A stretch of 64,000 bases of DNA from Zygnema circumcarinatum SAG 698-1b (GCA_037447605.1 CM074813.1:186001-250000); one strand, 5' to 3'. Shown: positions 14,787-34,416, counted from the stretch's first letter. The notes: generated by a model from the sequence alone, not told the origin. Numbers and translations: made by a program.

Positions 14787-16637
14787 TTAATGGCTCGCCT
14801 CGCTCTCCCCGGGACACTGCGCCTGCATCTCGCTGGCGGACGAGTACTGCAACATTCAAAGCGAAAAACTCAAGTTTAGGGCAACAAACCTACGGCTCCC
14901 ATCGATGACGCTGACTCTGAATTCCTCATTTCCTTCCCAGAAAAGTGAACGAATAAATAAATGAACTAACAAAAGAGAGGTAAACGTTCCTCGTAAAAGC
15001 CTTAAATGATAAGTTTCCTTCTGGTGTGTATCCACAAAGGGGATGGTGTCCGTTACTGATGACATTTCTAGCCCTGGCAGGAAACTAAAATCGCTACAAT
15101 TCCTGAGTATTCTACAATGGATTTTCAGCTATTTCATAGAAACACTGCCGACAGTTTCTACCACTGGAGAAGATGCTTCAGTTCCACCCACTTGGCAGCC
15201 GCAGTATATGCAGTAAAAGTATTCTTTTCGAAGTCGAAGTAGAAGTTGATCCAGTACCTGCCAAACACAGGGAAGGGAAAGGAAGGGGAGGGGGAAACCA
15301 GAGGGGCACAGGATACCACGTGTGAATATGTGAGACTGTCTACGTTTATGTTCAAACCCTAAAATCTATCGGCGAATTGTCTGGCAAGGAATTCGTCTTT
15401 ATGCAAATCAAGAAGAAAAAAGTATTCCCTTAAACAGAACGCTGCCTAGGGCCCATGTAAGGTCCTCCCTCCCCTTCCGACTGGCTCTAACGAGGAGTCA
15501 ATTACAAAATTGAGCACGAATGAAATCCACGCAAACGGCACTCATGGGTAGAAAAGGGACTACATAATTTGGGGTCAATAAAAGGAAAGCAAACAGAAGA
15601 AGGGTGTGAGGGAGAATGGGGGCCAGAATTGAAAGAACTTATCCGTATACCTCTTGTGTCGCCTCCTCCTCCTCTTCCTCTTCCTCCTCGCCCTCCTCTC
15701 CCTTCTCTCCCCTCGCATCCCTCCCCGTCCTTTCCATGAGCTCCTTTTCTCGTTCCCGTTTCCGTTTCCGTTGATGTTTCCGAATCTCCTCCCCGTCCTC
15801 GTCCTCATCCTCAAACTCATCTCCCCCCCCCAAGGCCCCTCCCCCCCTCCCTCCTCCCCCCTCTCCCTCCCGGCTCGACCCGAGCGTAGCCTCATCCAAC
15901 ATTGCCAACGCGACCCCGCATTTCCGAATATCACGTTTTATTTTCCTCTCCTCCCACTGCCCGCGTCGCAAACTTTGATATCCCTCCTCCAATTTCGCAA
16001 AAGATTGTTCCTTGTGTTCGCGCCGCCTCATGAATTTCTCCTCCTTTCGTTCCCTTTCCTCCTTCACAACTTCGTCTCGCCCCAGCCCGCCTCGCCCCTT
16101 CTTTAGATCAATGCCTAAGGGAAGAACCCGCCCATGTCCCGACCTCCCGAGAGCTTCGCCCGCTTTATACCCCATTTGCTGCAGAAGTTTGAAACCGATG
16201 TTTTCGCTCGGAATCGAAGTCTGCAAACCCCTTTGGCGCAACGCGTGCTCGCTGACCTCCCTCGCCTTGGGTCGATCTCGATCATCTCGCACTGCTGCTT
16301 GGGGCCGGGACACCTTCGCTTTTATCGACCCCTGAAAAAGGGAGTTCGTATAATTTCCCTGGGGAAGAATTTAAAATTGAATGCACACAACATGTGATAA
16401 AAAAAATGTCAGCATGATGACGTGCTTACCAGTTTTCATGTATAGAATCAACATGAGATGCAGATAGATGCTAGCAACACATGTCCCATCTGCCCGATTC
16501 AGCACGTGACACGTGTCACACACCCGCTTGGAGGAAGCAGGCTTCTGCTCTTCTTCTACAGGGACGAACAAGCTGACGTCAGCCATGTAGTCATCGACGT
16601 CATCCTGTTCCCGGCCGCCTCCGCTCTCCTCCGCCAT
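14787..16637 (-). CDS. GPATCH11: G-patch domain protein 11-like (G-patch + DUF4187). Exons 16637-16524, 16331-15651, 15257-15192, 14846-14787.
   Basis: N-terminal DDYM motif, G-patch NIGFKLLQQMGYKAGEALG...KKGRGGLG, and C-terminal LRKEYFYCIYCGCQ|YSSASEMQAQCPGESEASH*. All introns are GT-AG and phase 0. Confidence 0.85.
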
Positions 16638-17112
16638 GGGGGCCGCCCGCTGGCTGTCCCTGAACCCTAAATTCTAGACCATGCACAACTCTAAAACCCT
16701 GAGCATGCCAGAAGCTGCAAAGCACTCCTCCAAAACTCAAAATTTCTGGAACCAGAAAATTCTACATTCAAAGAAACCCGAAAAACCTTGAAGTCGCTCA
16801 AACTGAGGCAAGTAGGAACCCCAGCAAAACTCAAAAAACCACAGGTTTTTCGTCCCAACCCAAGTTTTTGTTTGCAGCAAAACTGGCTCAGCTGTCCGTA
16901 CATAATTCGTACAGTGATGTACGAATTTTCGTACCTCGCTACTGAGCAACATGGAAATAATGTCACGTCACGTCACGTGACAACACTGACGCTAACTGTA
17001 GCAGGGAATTTAACCGTTTTACGGCCCCTTCTCCGAGCATGGAAACCCTGAAGCCCCTTTTTTGAAATCCCTCAGTCCCCGCCTTCAGAACTCGAGGCAG
17101 AGGGCGGCAGCC

Positions 17113-23159
<6,047 letters not shown>

Positions 23160-23857
23160 GCTATTCTGCACCTTAAATAAAGTAACATATGACCTCACCT
23201 TTTGTTTTTAGTCTCATCTATTATAGGACACCTGTTATGCAAACGGCTATTATCCCATTTCCTTTAAACTATTGGAGTGGGCCCGGCCGTTAGCATGTGG
23301 TGGATCTCAGAACAGTGGATCCAACCAGGGGCTCTTGCTGGTTAAGGATAGGCCTACCTCTGATTTCCTAAGCTCTGTTCAATAGTGGATCCGATTGATG
23401 TTTCGTAGTGGACTCGCGCGTGGGACGTTGGGACCAATAATGTCATTGATTCCACATCCTTAGGTTGAAAGGGTCGCATACTGTAGTCCGTACATTGGCG
23501 AAGCATGTGCATATCTTGTTGCATACCAATGCAATAAATGTAATTTTATTTTTATTTTTTTAATTCTTATGTTTTCGTTTCCGTTTCTTTCTCCCTTGAA
23601 TCATAATAATTTTGTAGATGAGAAACATGTACGCAAATGATGTTCATCTTTTTTACTGCTAATCTGCCACAAGTGCCAGGAACACTCCTGGTTGGCTAAT
23701 CGCCATTCCGGATTTACAAGGAAAAAAAAAAAAAAAAAAAAAAGGACTTTTAAGCTTTTTTGTTCCTTTAATAATACACTGTCCACAGACGTACCCTTTT
23801 TTCTGCTGTTCTTCAAGGTTCAAGTCAATTCAATCTCTCGTCCATCAGTGCCCAATG

Positions 23858-23952
23858 GAGCCAACCAGACCATATCGAGCCAAACGGATCCATACCGAGC
23901 CAATCGAATCATATCGAGTCAAACCGAGCCATATCGAGCCAAACTGAGCCAC
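23858..23952. repeat. ~20-bp tandem repeat (about 5 degenerate copies of GAGCCAAACNGANCCATATC) ~230 bp upstream of the CTC1 ATG
   Basis: gagccaaccagaccatatc / gagccaaacggatccatacc / gagccaatcgaatcatatc / gagtcaaaccgagccatatc / gagccaaactgagcc. Confidence 0.75.
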
Positions 23953-24176
23953 AGGGATTTGGCCTACCAATACCTGCCGACAAACGACAGGCGTAGCACA
24001 GTTCTAGGGGCGGTGAAACTGGCACATGTAGCCTCAGTTCGAGATCCCGTCACCCTGTAGTTGCGCTCAACGCATGGAACCGCGAAGGCGGGAAAGCGCG
24101 ATTGTGCGTTCAAATCTCAGTCTCTCCTCTCCTCGCGAGGAGGAGAGCACGCCTCGCTGGAGCGCTGACGGCAGCC

Positions 24177-27100
24177 ATGGCGGACCCTCGCCCCCCTTTG
24201 GAGCTTATGCCGATTTCAGAGCTTCTTGCGTACGATTATGGATGCTGCGGGAGGGTTTCCGCTTCTCTCTGCTCTCAGATACTGCAAAAATTCGAACTAG
24301 GGTTAGAGTTCAGGGAAGGCGAGACGGTGCAGGGGTCAGGGAGCCAGCGAGAGGCGGAGTCCGTTGAAGGGGTTCAGGGCTTCGCGGCACGGGATGAGGG
24401 AATAGCCTGTGGAGGCTTCCAGGGTTCAGAACCGTCGCCTGAAGTTAGGGCTAACGTCACGAAGAGGACTAGGAGTTTAGAGCAGGGTTCAGGGCAGCAA
24501 AAGAAGCACCGAAAGCTCGACAATGATGGGGAAGGGCGTTCCATGGCGGCTCCGTTCAGTGCAGGTGGACGGCTCCTTCCCTTCATTCCTCGTGTCGTCA
24601 CAGGGAGGCTTCAAGCGTGCCCTCCTGATGACGTCACCCCGGAGGTCGACTCTGGGAATAAGACAAACGCCGCCGCAAGGAACTGCCACTCACAGGGCGA
24701 CACGTGGCGGCTTGTTGATGAGACAGGGGCGGTGGACTGCGTGCTGCTTGCGCAAGAGCACCACGTGGAGGGGGCCCTGGTCGTGCTGACGTCATGGAGC
24801 TTCGCGCCGGGGGCATCGGAACCGCTTGACGACGTCAGCCCTAATGAGCGTGCTCGTGATGGCCTATCAGGAGGTGCCACGTGTCAGCAGGTGAGGCAAC
24901 AGAAGGAGCTTCTAGAAGCCTCCAGAAGGTTCCTCCGGCCGCTCCTCCACATTGGGTCCCTGGTCATATTGAAGAGGCCGCAACCATTAGACACTGGAAA
25001 CTGTGAATACCCAGAAATCCCGAAAGCTTTAGAATCTCCCAGAGCCCCGGAATGCCCTAAAACCCTGAATGCTAAATTCCCTCCGCTTAAACCCTCGCGC
25101 CTGAAAGTCTCCCTCTGTGGCGTTCTCCGCTCCCTAAGCCCCATCTGGGAGAAGCCGCCGTCTCGCTCGGCCAGCGCATCGGTCGGCGGAGCCAATGAGG
25201 GCGCGCCAGCTGGCAAGTGGAAAGGCTTCCTTGCTGAGCTCGGGGCGTGTCCTAACTGCATTCGAAATACGAAGAAAACTGAAACAGAAAACGACGGTAA
25301 TAATGAATCGATGAGTTCTACAGGTTTAAGCGAAACCGGAGAACGGAAAACTTTTGGCAGCAATTGCTGTGCTACCTCAACGGAATTGGCTTCAAATTTC
25401 CTTAGGCGGCATGGATTTCGGCGGCTTGTTCACGTGCTGGCACCGACACACGTCTATTTTGAGGGTTGCCAGCTGGCAAGGCAGTGGCCTGCCATGTCAG
25501 CAGGAGTCGGACGGTGCATAATTATAACGGAGGTTCTACGGAAGCGGCTGTTAGCAGCACAAAACAGAACGGAACGGACCGTCTACCTGGCGGGTTCTAT
25601 GACTCTCGCAGTGCCAGGTGGCGGCCTTCTGGGTATGACACGTGGCAGCAGAGCGAACGAGGAGGATTGCCAGGTGGCGAGCCGCGATTGGAGCACAAAA
25701 CGTAGTGACTTTTCGTACATTGGAGAGGTGACAGGTGTCCATTACGACGGAGCTTTGGTGGATCTTGACGGTGGAGCAGTGATCCTCGTAATGACACATG
25801 TCAACCTCTCATTCGTCCCTGGCCTTCAACTAGGAGCTCTTGTACGTCCTTCCCCCCTTTCCCCTTAGTTGTAAATCAATGCATTTAGGTCTCTCTCTCT
25901 TAAAGTGAAGGTTATTGGGTTTCCGTCAAGTTCTAGGGAATTAAGGATTTAAACCTTACACCTCATAAACATTGAAGTTATAATAAACCCTGAAAGGCTT
26001 TAATTACCTCCTTTCGGTTTGTCGGGCAAATGCGAAGAGGCGTGACAAATCTTTCTTATTGTAGTCGAATCGACATTTCAATTTTTTGGCAGTTCTTTCT
26101 TAGAGTGTATGACAGCAAATATTTCCGAATGCTGTCCAAGTATATCTTGATTCCTTTACATGCTTATCGGTGATTCGTGGTTCTCTGTATTGTCTAAATA
26201 AGGACATTGAACGACATTTTAAGGACAATAGCCGAGAAAGGCCGTATACTTTCCACACTATATCCAGTCCAACCTCGTTAGTAGAAATAACTCAATGCCC
26301 CAAATCGTTAGTTATCCCTACCGACGAGTTTTTCTCTCGTTTCTTGTTGTCCTGAATGTCAGGTGGCGGTCCGCCATTCGCATGTTCAAACTTTCCGAGA
26401 AGGTTCCGCGAAGTTTCCACTGTGGCTGGGCCTATGCCTTCATTCCCACGTGGCTGTGGTCCGCTTTTCGCCACTTGGCAAACCGTGAGTGGCTGGTCGA
26501 GATTCACAGAATTGTGAAACTGTAGAAAAATTCACTTTGGTTGGTTTATCCACCTTGGTCCTGATCTTCATCTTTGTCTGAGTGGAACTCTCTACCTTTA
26601 CCACTCCTCTCCTCCCTCTCCCTGTCCCTCTCTCTCTCTTTCCCTTTCACAGTCTATCTCTCTATCTACCTTGTCATTTCATGCAACTGGACAGTGTCCA
26701 CTGGATGATTTTTCTATGTGCTGATTGGTGACGGTAGGGCAGGCAAATAAAACTGTTGGGACAAAGACATCGTTTTCGTCGAAAGTTGGACCTTCTGCCC
26801 TTCTCAATAGCAGCGTGGTGAGTTGGGCCACCCCCTCCCCTCTCACTCACTCACTCACTCTCCCCCCCTGCTCCCTCCCTCCCTCCCTCCCTCCGAATGA
26901 ATGAATGAAAGTCGGATCTCGCATGTGAAGGGTGGCAGGTACTTCCGGAATCTTCAAAAGTTGGAACAAAAATTCGGTGATTTCAAATTTTGTCAATCCG
27001 AGTCCACTGTGGTATGGCACTTTTTGACACTCCTTTCGAATACCTTCATTTGCCTTTGTCCAATAATTTTTTCATTTTTATAAACTGTTCAGGTATCAAG

Positions 27101-30100
27101 GTCATTGAAACCAATTCAGATCGTATAAAGACAAAGCGAGAGAAGCGGAGGAGTTGTGAGATTCGCAACTGAAAAATGAACATTTTAGACCCTAATACTT
27201 TTATGCGACTAGTGATGCTTGAAGAACAGAACTGACAACATCTCTCTCACTGCCTCAGCACTCTGCCTCTCATCAGCGTGCCAGCTGGAAGCAGCTGATT
27301 GGCCGGCTCGACAGTTACGTGGCGGCATGCCACGTGCTGCCAACTCCATTGAAGCGTGTGAGGTTCCTTCCATTTCATTTTTCCCTTCTGTTGTGAAATT
27401 TATACCTTTAAGCTCGAAGTGTTTGTATCGGACTTGAGTCTAAACTCCGAACACTTTAGAAAATAAAATAACATTTGTAAGCCCGTCTACTCTCTATTCC
27501 CTCCCCCTCACTCCCCTCTCCCCTTCCCCTTCTACCCAAGCCCTCCTCTTCCTCTGCCTCTCCCATCCCCAGCATAGAGGAGATAATTCTTGATGCAAAA
27601 CCTTCTGCGTATACACATTAACATTCGTTTTGTCTTCTTTGATTTTGTTACCTTTGCATTATATTTGATATGTTCCTTTTACGCCTTTTTTCTGCAGGAT
27701 GTTTTTGAGGAGTTTATGGGGCATGACTCAGCTTGCCAGCTCAGCCGTTTGCCTCCACCTGGCAGCTGTCCATTGGTGCGCCATCAATACATCCTTCATT
27801 CAGCTCGACCATGCCAGCTAAGCACAACAGGCTAACAGTTCCGTTTTCCGTTGAGTAGTGCGTATCAGATTTCTGAGAAAGGTCAAAAAATCAAACGGCC
27901 TGGCAGGTTTGCACAATGGCTGAATTGCGCCAGCTGGCGCATTCCCATTGGCTGAAAGCAGCCTCAAGCAATGTTGGATCGAAACCGACCAATGGGATGA
28001 GCTCGTGGGATGAGACAGCGCTGAGCTGGCACCACGTGTCGGGCAGGGAGTTGGGCATCACCTTGATGGCAATTTTGCAGGTTAGCTGCAAAGGCCCCCA
28101 AAGCAACGGAGCCCCCTCCCACTCCCCCCCTCCCCCTCCCCCTCCCCCTCCCCCTCCCCCTCCCCCTCCCCCCTCCCCCTCCCCCTCCCCCTCCCCCTCC
28201 CCCTCCCCCTCCCCCTCCCCCTCCCCCTCCCCCTCCCCCTCCCCCTCCCCCTCCCCCTCCCCCTCCCCCTCCCCCTCCCCCTCCCCCTCCCCCTCCCCCT
28301 CCCCCTCCCCCTCCCCCCTCCCCCTCCCCTCCCCTCCCCCTCCCCCTCCACTCCTTCTCCCTCCCTCCTCACTTTCTCCCCATGTCTCGTCCCCTCGCCC
28401 CTCCTCCTATCTCTCCTCCCTCTCCGTCTGCCTCGCCCGCCTTCGTTGTCGCCTTCTCATTGCACTGTGGCGGTGACAGGTGGCGGAAGACTCCGGACAC
28501 GTCCAGCTGGCGGATGCCACGGGAGCTGCTGACGTGGCACTGGTGGGCTGTGCCCTTGACCCGGCCTCCCACCTCGGAGAGATCTGCGCGGTGGGGCCAC
28601 AACTTTGCTCAAAAAAATTATCACATTTTTTTACTCAAGCAGATACAAGAACAGATGCCTTCCCTCAAACCCTAACTGGTGCACCCCTTAAACCAGACCT
28701 TGAAATCTCTTCTAAATTCCCTGAATTTGCTGAATTCCCTTCCCTTCAAAACTATGGAAACTTTCAGCTTGTTTAGGAACTTCGTTTCATCATCTGAGTG
28801 ACTGAAGGGCAGCCAATGAGGACTCGCCAGCTGGCGAAGCTGATGATCCACCAATTGGAGCGTGCCAGGTGGCGGAATTTGAGCTGGTTCTAGAAGGCTT
28901 TACTGGCCCGCCTCTGCCGCCTCGACCAATCAGAGAGCAGGAGAGAACTCAGAAATGGGCAAAGGAAAGCCTGGGAACATATCGGAACACAAAAAAGTTT
29001 GAGCAGGACTGCCCGCTGCCCTGGGCAGACCTGTACGAGAAAAGCTCAGAAGTATCTCAGGAAGTGGCTGAATCGGGGACTCGAAAGCCAAAATTGACAA
29101 ATTTTTTTGTTCGGTGTCGGTCCAGTGACGTAATTTTTTTGGAGAAGAAAGAAAATGGGCTGAAAAAGCTGAGTGCGATGCTGCAAAAGGCACACTTGGG
29201 ACATGGAAAGCAACTTCAAATGGTGATCATTACTCATGTTCACCATTTGGCTCGGAAGGTGAGATGTCTCATTCTAACGGCCTTTCCATGTTTCCTGTGC
29301 AGCTCAGTTTCGTTGAACTTCAGAAGTGCCCCCCCCTCTCTCTCTCTCTCTTTCTCTCGCTCTCTCTCGCTCTCTCTCTCGTTCTCTCTCCCTCTCTCTC
29401 CCTCCCCCTCCCTCTCCCCTCCCCTTTGTGTTTGAACAACATTGCCAGTGCTGTAACCTTGACAGACTTTTCATCACAGCATTTAGGTTGGAAACACATG
29501 GCATGTCCCTGAAAGACAATTTTCTGGCCTGTGCCTGCAGGCGGCTCTAGCCAATGTGGTCGCGCCACGTGGCAAGGACCTGAGCTTTGTCGCTCATGCA
29601 ATTCAGCTGCCGCTGCGCATCGTTCTCGGGGAGTCTCAGGAAGTTTCAGCAAAGGTTTGTCCTTTTCTGGCCAACTTTCCAGACAAAGCGAAGCGGGGGG
29701 AGAGAGAAAGAGAGAGAGTGGGAGGGAGAGAGAGAGAGAGAGTTCCAAAATTGGGGCTTCTCGCTGACATGAGCTCTACACTTGGATTTGTCTGCTCCTC
29801 TCCTGTAAACGTGACAGGTGGCAGCAGGGGAGCCGTCGCCGAGCACTCCACTTCCATGCATGGAAACGGTGGAGCAGTTCCGTTGTGGGCCGTCATCTGG
29901 CCAACCGAATGGCGGCACGTGGCAGAAAGGCAATGAAAGTAGGTGTAGAGTTAAATGGATGGCGGCAATCGATGAGGATGCTGGAACGGAAACGGAAAGG
30001 GAAAACTGTTGCATGGAAGCAGTTGTGGAAGCCATGGATGGGGCTGCGGCGGAGAAGCTGCTCTTGGAGGTGACGGATATGGCCGCCCTCCAATTTAAGG

Positions 30101-33100
30101 TGCGGAATCAGAAATTACGGAGTACGGATTTGTGAGTTTCATTGATATGGCACATTCATGGAATCAAGATTCGACTATGGGAATATAGAGAAAGGGAGTT
30201 AAATGCAGAAAGGGAGTTTAACCTTTTTCTCTATCTCTCTCCACATTTCTGTTTCTCTCTCTCTCACTCTCTCTCTCTCTATCTCTCTCTCTTTTTCCCT
30301 CTCACTCTATCTCTCCTCGCTCTTTGTGGCAGATGCTGCAAGTTGGCCATTGCTATGTCGTTCCCAGCAACCCACCCTCTGCCTATTGCCAGACGCCACC
30401 TGGCGCCACCCCATTGGCTGACCGACAAACAAATAAAAGCAAAGATCTGCGAATTCGTCCTTCTCATCAAAAGAACGGCCTTCTGCAGCTGCCAGCTGGC
30501 GGAAAAAATGGGCCAATCCGAGTGCTCCATGTGGGGCCCACCTGTCCTATGTGGCGAGCTGCCGTCGACTCTCTTCCATCCACCCCTTGTGAACTTGGAA
30601 CCAAAAAAATAGGAGGAGAAAATAGGGATAAAAAAAAATTATGGCCGACCGAAGTATGGGGGGAGGGAGGGAAGGCATTAAGGCCAGCTGTCATTTTGGA
30701 GGTCCAATCGGAGATTGCCACGTGGCACGCGGAGCAGGTGAGCCGTTACAGAAAGGAATTCGTTACATCGTTACTTTCCGTAAGGGAGGTTTTGGGAGGG
30801 GAATCTTGTGAGGGGTGGGAAGGAGACAAAATTGAAGAAGAACAACTGCACCACAGACCCTTGCGGAAGTCATTTCCGGGTTGGAAACTTTTGGCCAATA
30901 GCAGAAGGACAGGTGGCATAAAGGGACTTAAAGGGAAGTTGGTGTCCTTTGTGGGAGTGGTGGGAGTGGTGTGGCGAGAAGGGAGAGGAGGAGGGTATGA
31001 AAGGGAGGGGGAATGGGAGAGGAGTATAGGAGGGACAGGTGGCGAACAGAGATTGGAGGGCAGCTGGATGCTTGTGATCCAAGTGCAGGATGAGGTGACA
31101 CCTGGCATTGTGGTGAGTCAAGTTACCTCTGTTGTTGTCTTACCATTTTTACAGATACAAGTTATGATGTTATAATGTCGTAGGGTTATTGAAATTATTT
31201 TGTGGAAAGGCAGAGGGGCCATAAGTGATGAAATTTGGGGAGTTCAGATAACCTCTCTTCTGGTAGAAAAATTGGGTTCGATCTTTAAGCTAATCATCAG
31301 AGCCCCCCATTCCCCCACCTTCCCCCCATCTCTTATATTTTGTCCCCTTCTTTTTTTCTTTGGGGTGTTCGCAGATTTCGGTCAGCTTTGAGAATTTTCG
31401 GCGGTGGGCTGTGCCCGTTGGACTATGCAAAGGAGCGAAAATTTCTTTCCGGCGCGTTCTTCTCCAGCAGTAAGAAAGCCAAATATTTACAATCTGGGAG
31501 AGGGGGACAAATGAAGGGGAGGAGGGAGGGAGGGAGGGGAGGGAGGAGGGGAGAGGAAGGAGGGAGAGTGGGGGGGAGAGAGTGGGGCGGAGAGGGTAAA
31601 GAGAGGGGGGAGAGGAAGGGGGGAGAGGGTGGGGGAGAGAGTGGGGGTGGATAGAATGGGAATCTTTCCAATACCTTGTTTTGTACAATGAGATTCCTGA
31701 ATTTTCAATTGCGTTTCTTTTCATTTTTTGGCCTTCTTTTTGTCTTTTCTTTGTTGGGGTGAGGGGAAAAAAAAAAGAGGGGGAGGGGAAAGAGGTAGGG
31801 GCTTTGTGAGAGAAAGAGGCGAAGTCTTTTCATAAGCATATACATTTTCTTTTTGGGTAAATTGTCCAACAGCAGGGACCCGAGTGGCGAATATTTCGCC
31901 CAATTTCTCGCTTGCTCCCTTATGAGATTGGAGCAGCTGCCCGAAAATGAGGAAAAGAAGCATTTCATGAAAGAAACAAAGGACCATGAATGGAATAATT
32001 TGAAAGGAAATGGCTTCAACGCTCGAGAAATGGACAGGAAAAAAAACATCCAAAGGAAATTGGAAGAAGTAATTATCCGGCAAGCCGTCAACATTCGATT
32101 ATGCGACATTAGCGATAATGGGATATATGAAAGAACGGAATTTTTCCGATTCCGGGCAAGGGTACGATTGTTACTTAATTCACCATTTTGTGTTTTTTAC
32201 GCACTATAGAGCCCTGGGAATTTGTCTTATTTGCTGTCTTCTGGAAAGGGTTAGGCTGACGTGGAGCTGGACCTTGACAGGTGTCGGGCGTTCATTGGAT
32301 CGTCTTGGATTGGTCTTGTCCGACACCTGCCAGCGTGGCAAGTCCAAGAGCCAATCAGAATGCGACAGTTCACATTGACGCCCGAGCAGGAGGCGCCACG
32401 TGTCACCTGTGCGGCAACTCGGGAAGAGAGCACGATGTGGCCGTTAAAGGAGCCGTCGTCAAAATTGGTGAGACTTTGTTTGACATTGTTTGACTTCGTT
32501 GACTTTCGCAAACTTACTAATTCGTAGAACAAGGGTTTGTCTCCTCTTTCTCTTTCCCTTTCTTTTCCTCTTTTCCTCCTCTTTTCTATTTCTACTTCTC
32601 CTCCCTCTCCCTTCTCCCTCTCTCTTTTCCCTCTTTCTCCCCATTCTTTTCGTCTTCTTCCTCAGCCACTCCCTCTCCCTTTCCCGTCTCCCTCCCGTCT
32701 CTCTCTCTCTCTCTCTCTCCTGCTTTGGCCTCTTCCCCTCTCTCGCCCTCCCCTCCCCTCTCCCCTCCCCTTCTCCTCCCAAAAGCCTACATTTCAGTAC
32801 TAGTCTCAATCCTTTCAGCGCCTTTCCATGCTGTACCGTTCCTCCGTTTCAGACGACGGAACTGGGCAAGCCATATGTGTCGCCTCCGGCCCAACTGCCA
32901 CCGCCCTCCTCGACTTCCCAGAAAAACAGCTGCAAACCAATAGATCTGCGCCACGTGGCGGCTCTCACGTGCGCCCGAGTGGCCCTTGTAGAGGCTCAGA
33001 TTGTCAGAGAGCTGCCGCGTGGCAGAGATTACGGAGAACTGTACGGCAACACGGAGCGCTGTTGGCCGTTACTGAGAGCCGCAAAGGGACGGGAGGGGGA

Positions 33101-33803
33101 GGCATTTGGGGTTCAGAGGAGGGTTCAGGGCCGTGGCAGGTTTTAGGGTTAAGGGAGGGAAGGGAGGAGGTGGGGGAGGAGGGGAGAGAGGCAGTGGCGG
33201 AGATCATTATGAGGAGCCGCCAGGAGGGGTCAAAGGTGAAATAGTTTTTTTCTCTTTATTTGGGCGGCCCCCTCCCCCACATTTTTTCCTTTTATTTCAA
33301 TGTCTTTTTGTCATGTTTTCTTGAATAGGGATGTGTGGCTGATTCTACCTGACCTTTGAAGAGAGAGTGATTGAGGGCTAATTTTGAACTTCATTTTTGG
33401 GTCCCTAATCCGGACTCATGTGTTGGTTTTTGGGCAGATAATTTATTGCAAAAAGGGACCTGCAATCCAACAGATGGCCGAATCTTTTCGAGCATCAGAC
33501 CCGCCCAATCTCTGTGAAAATTTATCCAAAGATCGCCGGTGGGGATTGGCTGCCGACTATCTTATTGGTGACATGTGTCACAGTGCACCGTCGAATAGCC
33601 TAAAACATCGCGACCTTTTGGGCAGAAATTTTGAAAAATTGCAATTCAAAAAAACTTTGATGTATGTGGGTGGCTCCTCCCATTGGACCCTCAAAAAATG
33701 CTTGGCGGAATTTTCGGTGGTTCGCACTGAAAAATTGCGCCCTGTCACCGAAGCGGCAAACGTGCTTAATGAGATTCGCGCACTCTTTGATTCCGAAAAC
33801 TGA
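24177..33803 (+). CDS. CTC1: CST complex subunit CTC1 (telomere OB-fold protein), multi-exon. First exon 24177-25841, last ~33439-33803; several internal boundaries approximate.
   Basis: Motifs [30 protein letters not shown]...GLQLGAL|VAVRHSHV...[37 protein letters not shown] and AVVKI|[20 protein letters not shown] occur in the order of conserved plant CTC1 blocks. Splice sites are GT-AG. Confidence 0.8.
28123..28349. repeat. (CCCCCT)n tract in a CTC1 intron; (GGGGGA)n on the minus strand
   Basis: Direct observation, about 37 units. Confidence 0.95.
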
Positions 33804-34416
33804 CTATAGTGGGATATACAGGACAGGGTTCAGGGAATTTCAGGTTTTAATCCGGTTGGGGTTTAGGGAGGTTTCTGTATATAGCTTCGTTTCATGTTGT
33901 AAGGGTTAGCGGGAATGTGTGTGTTGAAACTCATCAACTTTTGTTATATTTTTGTAAATTCGACTCGGTTTGAGGAGGAAGCGAGACTTGGCCAGGTTCT
34001 GGGGCACAGGATTGTAAATATTTGAAAAAATCAAAAAAAGGAGCGCGCGATCGGGCCGTTGGATGCCGCACTTTGCGAATCTTGCATGATGCGAATCGGT
34101 ACATCACAAAATTACATTCGTTTTTAACTAGTGTCTTGCCTCGGGCATGAAAGAAAATGTTATTGCACTTGTGGGAGTATGCGCTCATTGGCTGTTGCTT
34201 TTTCTGGAACGAATAGTGTAAACATTTTCGGATCACTTTCAAAATTATTTAACATTTTCATTTCATTCGGACAGCCAATCATGTCACTTGATGCCTGTAC
34301 GGAGACGACTTCGGGCAGGATCAGAAACGTTTCTCTCCTGCCCGAGCCCTTGGCGTGAAGGCAAATTCACATGGAGGGCGGATGTTCGTTGTGGGTATAG
34401 CGCTGCGAGACTGACA

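Noticed and set aside
23858-23952. CRISPR-like or iteron-like array
   Set aside because: Eukaryotic context, contiguous degenerate units with no unique spacers, and no cas genes.
32490-33146. 218-aa ORF as the CTC1 terminal exon
   Set aside because: The overlapping frame [12 protein letters not shown]... matches the CTC1 motif and splices in frame to the upstream and downstream exons.
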